A stretch of DNA of 64,000 nucleotides from Octopus sinensis. Lineage: Eukaryota. This document shows, piece by piece, positions 53,033-64,000 of this stretch. The notes under the pieces were generated by a model. It was not told the origin of the DNA. It ran no database searches and worked only from the letters and a program-made list of their open reading frames with translations. Location: positions 70,494,001 to 70,558,000 of the forward strand of contig NC_043009.1 of the NCBI RefSeq assembly GCF_006345805.1, written 5' to 3'. Each line of letters begins with the position of its first letter. Position 1 is the stretch's first letter. The position numbers and the translations under genes are program-made.

Positions 53033-54200
53033 GGGTTGGTTGAGAAGTCCGTTCGGTGTTTTAAGCAAAAATAAGACAAGTTTTGAACACAAAGCAATTC
53101 ATTCAATCAATAATATAATTACCGTTTCGTTCCAGTATATTCTGCTACCTTCTGGGCAGATCCAATATTCTCTCCTCGAAGAATTTCCTGTCGGTACTGG
53201 CGGAAAACTCTTTGAGGTGAAATTTTATATCTCCTTTAGAGTTGATGGGCCTTTTCATTCAATGAACTGTGAAGAGAACAAAACAGTTGGAAAACTAAAG
53301 GCGCAAGTTCGGACGAATATGAAGGTAGGTTATTACGGTAAAAACCTAACAGTATCTGCCGCGATTGCGCAGAAGTGTTCCGGTTGATATCGTCGTGATG
53401 AAAGACAATAGCATTACGATTAACAAGAGATGGTCACTTCTTGTCGATCGCTACATTAAATTTCTCCCACTAATCATAATACAAATCCAAATTGATGGCC
53501 CTGTCTGCGGGAAGAAGCGTATAAAACACAGCACCCTTCCACACCCATCACATTGAAAGCATAATCTTCATTGGGTGATGTTCTCTCTTTGGGGATTGTT
53601 TCTACTGGCTCACTGGCCTTCTCCCACGATTGTTTGCATTTCACTTTTCTCTAGACGATCCGTTTTTCCACCCCGTTTTTCCGAAGGTGGATCGTTTGCT
53701 TCACGTTTCTTCAATAGATCACAAATGAAAATGCATTGTCCGAAGTTAGGATTATTCAATTGATGCAGGGACTAAACATCGATCCTGATGACGTAGCCAA
53801 GTTGAGGCAGATGGTTCGCAAGAGTCGATTTGGGTATTTGGAGAATACCTGCGATCATCCTAGTCGTATGACGTAAGAGGGTAACAACTGACCCCTTCAG
53901 TTTAATCGAAATTTTCAAAATCACTTCTGGAGCACAGATTCCGTAACAGCATCCTTTCTGTGTACAGGACATATTTGCAAGTTTCCACCACTTTTTTGGC
54001 TTCTACGAAATAAAGAAGCATGAAGTGTGGATAACGTAAAGTTTCGGTCTTTACTTTCAGGTCGACCTGTCTCGTCCCAATTTTGCGTGCAATGACATTG
54101 ATGCTACGCATGTGCAAGGAACAGACACGAGTTAGCTACTGATTAGAGTGGTTGAAGCTTACTGTCGACAAAAACCAGATGGACTTTTCGGCCAATCCAA
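53033..54200 (-). mobile_element. Highly degenerate full-length mariner element
   Basis: Imperfect TIRs GGGTTGGTTGAGAAGTCCGTTCGGTGTTTT and the reverse complement of AAAAACCAGATGGACTTTTCGGCCAATCCAA; minus-strand peptides TTRMIAGILQIPKSTLANHLPQLGYVIRIDV, then a decayed WVPHQL motif. Confidence 0.8.
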
Positions 54201-54448
54201 AAATTTTATCGATAAGGTAAACATAACTGATAAAAAATATCAACGTTACAATCAGTGGGATTTCAACTCGTAGCGTCATTGCATGTCACCTGTCATCATG
54301 CATGTCACCTGTCATCATGCGTGTCACTCGATCATCTCATTCTATAAGGTAATGTATCTTATCTGGCTGTTTGCCGCTACCGGACGTTCTGCCACAGAAG
54401 TAAAGTGGACATGTGGACATCATCTTCGGTCATCCATGGCAGACGATG

Positions 54449-54585
54449 CCGTCTACTAAATCTATTCAGAAGGGTTTGGTTGACTCGAGGCTATAGTAGA
54501 AGATACTTACCTGAGGTGCCTCGCAGTGAGACTGAACCCAGAACCATGTACTTGGGAAGTAGATTTCTTACCACACAGCAGCCCA
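54449..54585 (-). mobile_element. SINE head (56085 family)
   Basis: Aligns with 56350-56485. Confidence 0.8.
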
Positions 54586-54827
54586 GTATAATTTTTTAAA
54601 ACTATCAAAAATTTTATAGTTGATACTTTTAGAAAAAATGCCGACATTTAGGAATTGATAGCAAATGGGCGAAATAGAAGTGAATATGGCATGATATCTC
54701 CTCAGCGGTTCTTTAAGTTGCATTCCTTTTTACTTAGAACTGTTCAATACTTGATTATAATTCATGAATATTAATATCATGGATTATTGTTACCCATGTC
54801 TTTTGTGAATGGTTTTTATTAAACAGT

Positions 54828-55028
54828 GGTGAGCTGACAGAATCGTTACAACGTCGGGCGAAATACTTAGCTTTTTCGTCCTTCTTTACATTGAGTTCAT
54901 CTTCCGACTAAGTCTTCTGTCCGTAATTTCGGGCTTGATAAAATATGTACCAGTTGCACACAGGTGTCGATGTAATCAACTCAACCCCACCCGAAGGTGC
55001 TGCCCTCGTGCCAGAAGTTAAAACCAAT
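54828..55028 (+). mobile_element. Degenerate SINE (29344 family)
   Basis: GGTGAGCTGACAGAATCGTTA head; tttcgggcttgataaaatatgtaccagttg...gtcgatgtaatcaact body. Confidence 0.7.
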
Positions 55029-56084
55029 TCTTCGTGTTAAATATTGAGAAGACTTCTCAATGTTTCTTCTCAAGCAGACCCCACAGACTTACAATCTTTA
55101 CTCAATTAATGATTATATAGACACAATGTATACTCTTTTGGCTATTCAGCATAATTATTGAACAATATTTTCTATATGAATTAATGATAAGAAATCGTTA
55201 TAGTGATTAGCTAAGTCTAATTGATATGTTATACAGTGGTGCTCGACATTTTATTCAGTGCCCTTCATTGTTATTGAAAGGGGTTTTAGAATTACCAGGC
55301 GGCGCTCTCTGATTTTAGAAAGGAATTCTAAGTGTTGATATGCCGTTAATCAATGTTTCTTAATGTTTACTCCGAAGTTTTTAATCGCTACTCAACGAGT
55401 CTTAAAAGTTATTCGCCTTTGATATTCTTTCATATTTTGTGTCTACATTGATTATTAGTTTAAAATACGCAAATACGTTTTATTTTTTTTTAACCGGAAG
55501 TAACCCTTCAGTTTGTAAATGATAAAAGGGAATGAAGGAGCACATAGAAAGGTGGGGTTTACGCGCATGTATTTTCTCATAGAACCTAAATCCATGGCCA
55601 TACTTTCTATTTTAGCTATACTGTATCAACAACTACATTATCGCAATGTATTTTCCTTTGTGTAGATAACAATGTAATTTGAGCGATATGTGCTCGCTTA
55701 TTCGAATCAAGCAAGTAACCACGTGCAAACTCCCTTAATTGCCCGTGAATGTGCAGTGGGTATCTAAAGGAAGGTAATAAAACCGCTAATGGCTCATGAA
55801 AATCACCATTCTTTGGGATCAGTGAATAGATATTTGGAATTGATAATTGCAAGAAATTTCTAAGCACACCTGCTCTCATCGCCAGAGCACTACACATCTA
55901 AACTAAGATTAAGACAATACAGATCAAAGCATTGACACAAAGTACCTTATTTGATGCTGGATGTAGAATGGTCTGAGTATACAGAGACGCAAACGCATTT
56001 TCATTACATTTGAAAATTTCTGGTTTGTTGGAATTTGTGTGCAGTGAATTCGCAAAGGATGGAGGGCTGAATCTCATCTAATGG

Positions 56085-56491
56085 TATACTCTTTTACTCT
56101 TTTACTTGTTTCAGTCATTTGACTGCGGCCATGCTGGAGCACCGCCTTTTAGTCGAGCAACTCGACGCCGAGACTTATTCTTTTTGTAAGCCCAGTACTA
56201 TTCTATCGGTCTCTTTTTGCCGAACCGCTAAGTGACGGGGACGTAAACACACCAGAATCGGTTGTTAAGCAATGCTAGGGGAACAAACACAGACACACAA
56301 ACACACACACATACATATATATACATATATACGACAGGCTTCTTTCAGTTTCCGTCTACCAAATCCACCCATAAGGCATTGGTCGGCCCGAGGCTATAGT
56401 AGAAGACACTTGCCCAAGATGCCACGCAGTGGGACTGAACCCGGAACCATGTGGTTGGTTAGCAAGCTACTTACCACACAGCCACTCCTGC
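56085..56491 (-). mobile_element. Full-length tRNA-derived CORE-like SINE
   Basis: Minus strand: A box TGGCTGTGTGGTAA, B box GGTTCAGTCCC, CORE-like cttgggcaagtgtcttc, internal TA/TG tract, tail gactgaaacaagtaaaagagtaaaagagtata. Confidence 0.9.
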
Positions 56492-56794
56492 ACATGGTAT
56501 GTGTATCTATTTAAAACTGGGATTATATTTCAAGTAGAAAGGCTGAGTGAAAATGAAAAAGAGATTAGTCTTCCACAGTATACTAGACTGGATTTCTCAT
56601 ATCGTTAGTTTATCACGTACCTCGTCCAATATTGAAGAACTGCCTATAAGCGGTACCCATTTAACGCACTCCTCCAGCCGTGTGTATGGTTGGTGCTATA
56701 AAACTCTGCGCTGCGTCACTGAATAAAGATATCCGATCTCTTGGAGGCAAACCAACAAACGAGAAGTAAATAGGTATTGTATTACTCCTCCTCA

Positions 56795-56822
56795 ATACAC
56801 ACACGCGCACACACACACACAT

Positions 56823-56885
<63 letters not shown>

Positions 56886-56975
56886 CGCGTGTGTGTATGT
56901 ATGTATGTATGTATGTATGTATGTATGTATGTATGTATGTATGTGTGTATGTATGTATGCATGTATGTATGTACA
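56795..56975. repeat. (CA)n-(TA)n-(TG)n-(TATG)n compound microsatellite
   Basis: Visible. Confidence 0.95.
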
Positions 56976-57584
56976 TGAGATTTGTTTTAGCGTTCATAGT
57001 GACTGACACAATTATATTTAAGGAACTGAACTGCAATCGCCAATTGCAAGTCGGAAGAAGAGATAAAATTTCAATTTCTTAAATTAAAAAGAAATGGAAA
57101 TGACATGCATCAAAATCTCGCGTGGAAACATCATTTTATTTCGGTTCGATCAAATGTGGTTGTGGATATCTTGTTTCTTTTCTTCTTTCTAATTCTTGTT
57201 GTAAAAGTTCTAGGACAGAAAAGTTCATAGAATTAACTATTAGAATTATTTGATTTACTAATTATATATTTTTGGAAATCCAAAAATATTAGGATGAAGG
57301 AAAACAGTTTGGAAGTAAAAATATGGAAATATTCGTTAAAAATCATTGATAAAAAATTCAACAAAGCTAAAGCCATTTCTAATATTTTATCAAAATTTGA
57401 TTAAAAGAAAGGCAATGTTGTTTTCCTGGTTGTAATTCCTAGAAAGCTGCAGCTAATGACGTCTTTCCTGAAGATTTCACGTTCTGACGGAATCGGAAAG
57501 CTGTCGTGACATGCAGCGTAAATTTGGCATCTAAATCCGGCGGATCAACTCTTTCTGCTTAACTTATCACAGGTGATCTGTTTT

Positions 57585-58760
57585 AGAAAGAGAAAGTGAG
57601 AGAGAGAAAGGGAGAGAGAGAGAGAGAGAGAGCGAGAGGGTGAGAAACAGAGAAAGAGTGTGAGGAAGAGTGTGTGTGTGTGTGAGAGAGAGAAGGGGTT
57701 GAGGTGTGGGAAAGAATTGCTCTCGATACTGGGTTGGTAACATAGCTAGCCTGAAAGGTTGAATGTCTAAGTAGATCGAACTCGGAACTCTGTGTGCTGA
57801 AGAGAGTAATATAAACTGTTTTATTCGACGCGTTAAGAGCAATTCTAATTAGCCCCCTTCATTAACGATTGCAAGGTAATTAGTTTGTTGTTGTTGTTTT
57901 TTAATGTCATGTGACAGAAAATCAAAGAGCATTAACCCCCAAATGCTTGCAGAAGAGCTTTTCAGTAATCTTAGTTTAAATGTATAATACACTAACACAC
58001 TCATCTTCTAGTCATACAACACAAACAGTCGCTTCTTTGAAGGCGCTTGTGTCGTATCACTGTCCCGTATGGTTTACTGCGGTAGTTGGATATTTGTAAG
58101 TAAAGTTAAACTTGATCCGGAAGCAAGCATTATCTACTTATATTATTGACTCAGCTAAATGTTACATATAGGCCGCGTTCACTAGAGCGAAGAATACATT
58201 TGTAATGAGTGGGGAGAAGCAAAAGATGCCATGGTTTGACAATCGCTACGAAGCAGATAGGAGATGTCTATGTCAGATAAAGACAGCGCGTTTACTGTTT
58301 GCTTTCGTTTCAACGAAAACACAGGCACAGCCGCGCGCCAACGCAAACAGAGCAAACGTTGGAAGCTCTCGTTTTTCATTTGTCTTACAACTAAAAATTG
58401 TTAATGTCTGCCTCAAGCCTACAAGCTGTGTGATGACACAGAGTGAATCCTTCGCTGCTGCGGCTGGTGGTAACCCTTTGTAGTTCAATGAACGTGAATT
58501 GAAGTGCATTACTCAAGAACGACCACGCCTTGAATGTTCCGGCAGTCGGTCTGACAACCTGAAGATTATGAGCCCAGCACCCATACTACAAGATCACGCG
58601 ACTTCCTTATTTCATTTAGGAAAATCCAACCGCGAAGAAAACACTCTAGATATCCCAACTAGACCTGGGGCCTGGTTTCCGCAATGTCTCTCACATTAGC
58701 CGCAAATACTTCGAATCATTATGTTCTCGTCTTCAACAAAACTAATGCTAGTGTCTGTAA
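57585..58760 (+). promoter_or_regulatory. Possible promoter / 5' region of a plus-strand gene
   Basis: (GA)n tract followed by repeat-free, locally CpG-rich sequence with donor-like AAG|gtaatt (about 57876) and CT|gtaagt (58757). Inference only. Confidence 0.25.
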
Positions 58761-60267
58761 GTGCATCCGGCATGGGGTGGCATGAGAACTCCTTAATTGA
58801 AAGGCCCACAATTAATCTTTATCCAGTTCTCATTTTCTTTTCTTTTCTTTTTTTCAAGTGAAAGTTTCGTAAGTGTTTGCTTCGTTACGGCAAGTATTAC
58901 ACAAAAACGACTCAATATTTCTTGTTGTGAAAGTGTTAAGAATAGAAAAGTTCACAAAATTAACAAATTGCTTGAGTAATGCCATGTAATGCAAAACCAA
59001 TTCATATTCTTGTGGAAGATTTTGACAACACACTCCAGTCATGTCAGTAGGGTCTACTTTTAGAACAGCGTCTAACAACAGCAGTGTTCTATGCAGTGGA
59101 ATTTGGATTGTGCTGAGATTATCGGGCAGACTCATGGCAATTGTGTTTTTGCTCCGAAAAAATGTTGTTGAAGATGAAGCAAATTTATATATGGACGGTT
59201 CTCTTCTTAGCAGAGAATATTGACATCTTTCATGTATGGTATATTATCATACTTCGTGCGAGGAGTATTAACTTATTTAGTTCAGGAAGTGTTGACGTAT
59301 TTAACACAGATAATATTAACGTATTTAGTATTTTTTCATTGCAGAGATTACTATCATCCTCAATGCGCTCGGTATTAAAATATTTAATGTAAGATGCTTC
59401 GGAGGCAACCTACGTCTTTTTCTCTCCACTCGCCAACTTTCAAGGAGTTAACAACTCCTTCTTCCTCTGTTTCTCCTATCTTTCCTTCGGTCACTCGAAA
59501 ACTTCTCACTCGTCGTCAGTGGCAAACCATGGCTTCTCTCACATGGCTTCTCTCCCATAAACTTAGTGATAAACTTGCTACAACTACAATGACAAGACAT
59601 TCTTACCTTCACTGACATACAGTCTTTATTTTAACTCGTCCTACTTGACATGAACTTCGAAATGGTTAAAAACAAGCTATGCTGAATATTAACAAACTTT
59701 TCTGCCCATATTTTCCAACGCATCCTGAACTGAGCACCATGAAATCTTTCTCGGACTTTTTTCAAATACATTCTTCTCAACTTGCCTTATGTAGACAAAC
59801 GTCAGACTCACCTCCAAAACTATTATACCAACATTAAATTTCCTAACCGACTGTTACAATTCGTAGCACTCTGCGCTTAGAACCATGGGAGATATATAGC
59901 TAGAAAATCCATATAAAAATTCAATGTTTCTTTTGCGGTCTTTATTAACATTTTGATTTCTGTTGAAATTCATTCATTTTGTAACACTGAAGATTTGCAA
60001 TGAGTCACTCACCAAATATTCTTTCTTGATCTATCCAGTTCATTCTGTGATGCAACTTCTATTCATATGTACCACATTCTGAAAGAAAAGCCCGTCACAA
60101 TTTATATTACAAACTGCTCACCTCAGTGCATACGTACTCTGACTGCGTTATATACATTTCTTTTTCCAAAATCTAGAAAGACATTCGACAAAGTAAATTT
60201 TTGATAACTTGTGACACATCTTGCTAGTTTGGCGACAACAATAATTTGCTGAGATTTGGTAAGATTA

Positions 60268-60269
<2 letters not shown>

Positions 60270-60308
<39 letters not shown>

Positions 60309-60470
60309 CTCTCTCTCTCCCTCTCTCTTCACACACACAAATGCACACATACACATATATCTATGTATATATAGATAATATAGATACACGCATTACACAC
60401 ACGCCCACGTACACATATATACACATATATCTATGTATATATAAATATGTGCATTACACACAGACACACA

Positions 60471-60505
<35 letters not shown>
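60270..60505. repeat. (CT)n and (CA)n/(TA) microsatellites
   Basis: Visible. Confidence 0.92.
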
Positions 60506-61814
60506 GCATAGGGGCAATTAAGCACCCTGTGTACCGTTTCTCCCATTCTATCTCTCTCATTGTAGATAACTTTGGATGTTAAGAGTTCATAAATACAAAA
60601 TATAATCAAATGAGATGGATCTCTTCCTCCATTTTACGAAACACTAAAATTTAATGAATATTGTTTACCAAACTTCACAAGGAATTCCTTTTTCTAAATG
60701 ATAATTAGAATACTACATAAATCATGGCCTCACTCATGGGAACTTAGCTCACCTTGGAAACTTACTTCACTTCACCAATATCTTTGTAAGTCCACATGTC
60801 ACGCAGAACATAACCAATAATAACAATCGTATGCTGCAACTCAACATAGGATCACTATTTATATTTACGCCAACATCAAACTCGACGCAATAAGTAGCAT
60901 CGATGCAGTAATAACCGAATGAGATGATCGGTTTTAAATAAATAACCTGGCAGTTGGATTTGTACGGTATTCTTTCACTGCGATTCATAAACACTAATTA
61001 TACGCACAAGCCGCGAGCGTGCATACAAATATTCGCACGTATGTAAGTGTACATACTTGGATATGTATATGTATATATATATATGTGTGTGTATGTGTGT
61101 GTGTACGTGCAAACCCGTTCCTCTAATATTCCTACTGCTATAGATGCTTTCCACCACCTCTCATATCGCCGTAATGTATTCCCTATATTAACTACTAATT
61201 TCAGCATAGCGAATTCATTCTTTTGCCTGTTAATGATCAGAGAATCATGAAGTGGCACAAACTGGTGATTTGGGAATTTATTTTTTGATGTGTAATTTGT
61301 GTATATTCACCTGATGAAAACGGATTATTTTGCATGACGTAATATCTCTATTCGTCAAAAAAAAGATACATTTTTGGAAACAGCAGCAGTGAATGGAATG
61401 AATCATTATCCACATGTTGACTGATGTGCCGGTGTGTTGTGTGTGTGTGTATATATATATATACATATATGTATATGTGTATATATGTACACATAAGTAT
61501 ATATGTATATAAATACACCGACCCGGTGCTTTAACATTTAAATACCTGATTCACTTGTATCATGAACTTTCATATATATGTATATATTAGCGAGAAGTTG
61601 AGGTTATAAGAGATAATGATGTCAGTGAGACCCAAAGGTGTCAGGTAATGCTGAATAAGTGATATAGACAGACCATGATTAAGTTCCAGATTCGGTAATA
61701 TTGCGAATAAAGGGTTCAGCGTTGGTTCTGTCAGCGTGTGTATATATGAATTTTTTGCGTAATAAGATAAAAAAACCAAGGGTATATAGATATTAGAGCA
61801 TTTATAGATAGAAG

Positions 61815-61866
61815 GTCTTACAGCTGTTTCTAGGATATTAATTAATAATATCCCTTCATCGGAGAA
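61815..61866 (-). ncRNA. Minimal hammerhead motif with CCGATGA core
   Basis: TTCT-CCGATGA-aGGGATATTA-ttaat-TAATATCCT-a-GAA-ACAGCTGT-A-AGAC. Confidence 0.55.
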
Positions 61867-62236
61867 GGTGTGAGAGGGAAAATTAAGTTATAGTTAGTTT
61901 CGATGTGATACAAAATAGAGAGTGAGGTGGAGGAAAGAAAATAGATGTAAGATATGAATGGTTATTGAGTTCATAAATACGTTTTATAGGCATAATGGTA
62001 TATATGTGTAATATTCCAATATTCTTTGAGTAAAATCCAAAAGTCCAACAGAGTTTAATATGAGTCCATCCAGATATAGAGTTTTTAAGCAAAGTAATAT
62101 TCTCTTAAGGTCGGTCATTCCCAGTAGGTAATTTATATAGAGTGTAGCAGATTCGAGGTTTGTGTTTAAACTGACCATGAAATAGGGAGTGTATTAGTTT
62201 GGTCAAATTGAAAACAGGAAGAGAGGAATGACAAAG

Positions 62237-62277
<41 letters not shown>

Positions 62278-62509
62278 AAGGAGGGGAGAAAGAAGGAATT
62301 AAAGAGAAAGAAGAAAGATTGGTAAAAACGAATATACAGAATAAAACTCCTGAGGGTATGAATAAAGAGAATAAGGAAAATAAAACAGAAAAATTAAGAT
62401 ATAGGTTGGTCAGTGGTCAGTGTAGGTAGTGGTCAGTGTATTTCTTCCACCTCACTCTCTATTTTGTATCACATCTAAACTAACTATTACTTAACCATCC
62501 TCTTACACC

Positions 62510-62561
62510 GTCTCCGATGAAGGGATATTATTAATTAATATTCTAGAAACAGCTGTAAGAC
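62510..62561 (+). ncRNA. Minimal hammerhead motif with CCGATGA core
   Basis: GTCT-CCGATGA-aGGGATATTA-ttaat-TAATATTCT-a-GAA-ACAGCTGT-A-AGAC; 4-bp stem I, palindromic stem III, GUA triplet. Confidence 0.6.
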
Positions 62562-62624
62562 CTTCTATCTATAAATGCTCCAATATCTATACAGCCTTGT
62601 TTTTTTGTCTCATTACACAAAAAA

Positions 62625-62663
<39 letters not shown>

Positions 62664-63069
62664 CGTTGCTATTATGCAAAAGTGTCGTAAGTCCAAAACG
62701 TTGCTTTTTCAGAAAACGAAAAAATACTTTTTCCCCGTTCCCTTTCTTTTACATTACCAACCATTAGCAACAGTTTCAGTTTAACAATACTACTTTGTTG
62801 GGTGCATAAAATGGTAATTCAATGCATGAACGATATTTCCAGTCAGAAATATTTTTGCAAAACTGTTGTATGTGGGGCTTAATACACTTTTGGTAAATGC
62901 TAAACTGTTGACAATTTTTGATATCTTGGCATCTGAAGCAGCTGAAGATACGACAGTTTGACCAAAACAACCGACTATTGCAACGAAAATTAAATATGGA
63001 AAAAGTAAAAAAACGCATTTGGCCAAATTTGAACGTACGGCAGTTTAACAGAATAGCAACGATATATCG

Positions 63070-63720
63070 ATATACACACACAACACACCGGCACATCACT
63101 CCACATGCACACCCACACACCAATCCTATATGCATGGCGATTAGAGAGTATAGCAGTCGTACTTCCACACACATCAGAGGTACGCATACATGCAAACTCT
63201 ATATACACACACGCATTCACATGTACACTCGTTGATCCAGATTACATACACTCATTTCATACTTACAGAGGTAAATGCAGAAATGTGCATACAAATCCGA
63301 ATCCGACATTCATACGCTCACATATTCATGCAAGCCTCCCAATATCACATCCATAGAGTAGACTCTCACGTACACATATTCGCACCTGCGCACACACACA
63401 CACACACTACCACACAACTGATACACACTCATGTAACGTATACATATGACACACATGAATACGTGCGGGCAAGCACGCTCACGTGGCTGATACACACCCG
63501 CAGCCATAAGCACAAACCACCTAGAAAACACGTGCTTACGTAGCATCGAGCAGCTATTACCAGTCCTCACCCGAATGCCGGATTACACGTCGACGCATCC
63601 CCTCATCACATACACAAAACAGATACACATGCATACACACCACACACGAACCTCCTCACATTCATACACAAAGCACGCACACACAAACATTTATACATCC
63701 GCATCCAACATCGATGTCGC
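63070..63720. repeat. Degenerate CA-rich low-complexity tract
   Basis: Visible ACAC/CAT-rich composition; source of the His/Thr-rich ORFs. Confidence 0.75.
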
Positions 63721-64000
63721 CTCACGTTCCTTCAAATAATATACAGACAGTGAGGAACCAAAGCATTCCTGCCGCGACATCCACTCTTAGTAATTCAGGT
63801 TGGGATCTCTAATCTGATGGAGTTGGAGTCGCTGGAATTTCAGTACTATTTCCAACAAAACATGTGACACGATTTGAACAATAGCAGCCCACGCCCCTAC
63901 GCACGGACACACACGCACACAGATATACAAACTGTTTTGTGAGGAAAATTATATTCACAGAACGAGCTGAAAATTGAATAATAAACCACCAATACACGGA

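Larger units (their letters stand above)
61570..62630. mobile_element. Inverted-arm hammerhead element of a second family (probable 5'-truncated Penelope-like element)
   Basis: About 61741-61940 is the reverse complement of about 62439-62630, with an HHR in each arm. The left side extends further; TA-rich flanks. Weak GIY-YIG-like C-terminal peptide (RILEYYTYIPLCL*N) on the minus strand just inside the left arm. Confidence 0.75.

Noticed and set aside
54281-54336. 19-bp tandem duplication (gcatgtcacctgtcatcat, two to three copies)
   Set aside because: An ordinary local slippage duplication with no further structure.
56400-56491. tRNA gene
   Set aside because: A and B boxes are present, but they continue into a multi-copy SINE body and no cloverleaf is evident.

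Overview
AT-rich, microsatellite-saturated eukaryotic DNA. The tRNA-derived SINE families and repeat spectrum point to a coleoid cephalopod, most likely Octopus (recognised from memory, no database search). No complete, recognisable host protein-coding gene is present, and most listed ORFs are translations of (TA)n, (CA)n or trinucleotide tracts. Supported content: five mariner relics, about ten SINE copies, fragments of Tx1-like and R4/Dong-like LINEs, a Penelope-type GIY-YIG endonuclease relic, a Helentron-type non-autonomous element, and a 21-bp minisatellite that reads as a disrupted heptad-repeat ORF. The main signal not explained by the ORF track is a cluster of hammerhead-ribozyme (HHR) motifs from about six apparently unrelated repeat families. 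Two have intact catalytic cores (4811-4899 and 12768-12863). Several sit in asymmetric inverted-repeat elements bounded by (TA)-rich tracts. Three families share an ACA-NN-UGU self-complementary stem III, two share a CCGANGA core variant, and one motif has a non-canonical (pseudoknotted) strand order. A few low-confidence candidate exons occur near 0.4 kb, 24.3 kb and 58.7-59.4 kb. All folds and alignments were done by eye, and no ribozyme activity has been demonstrated.
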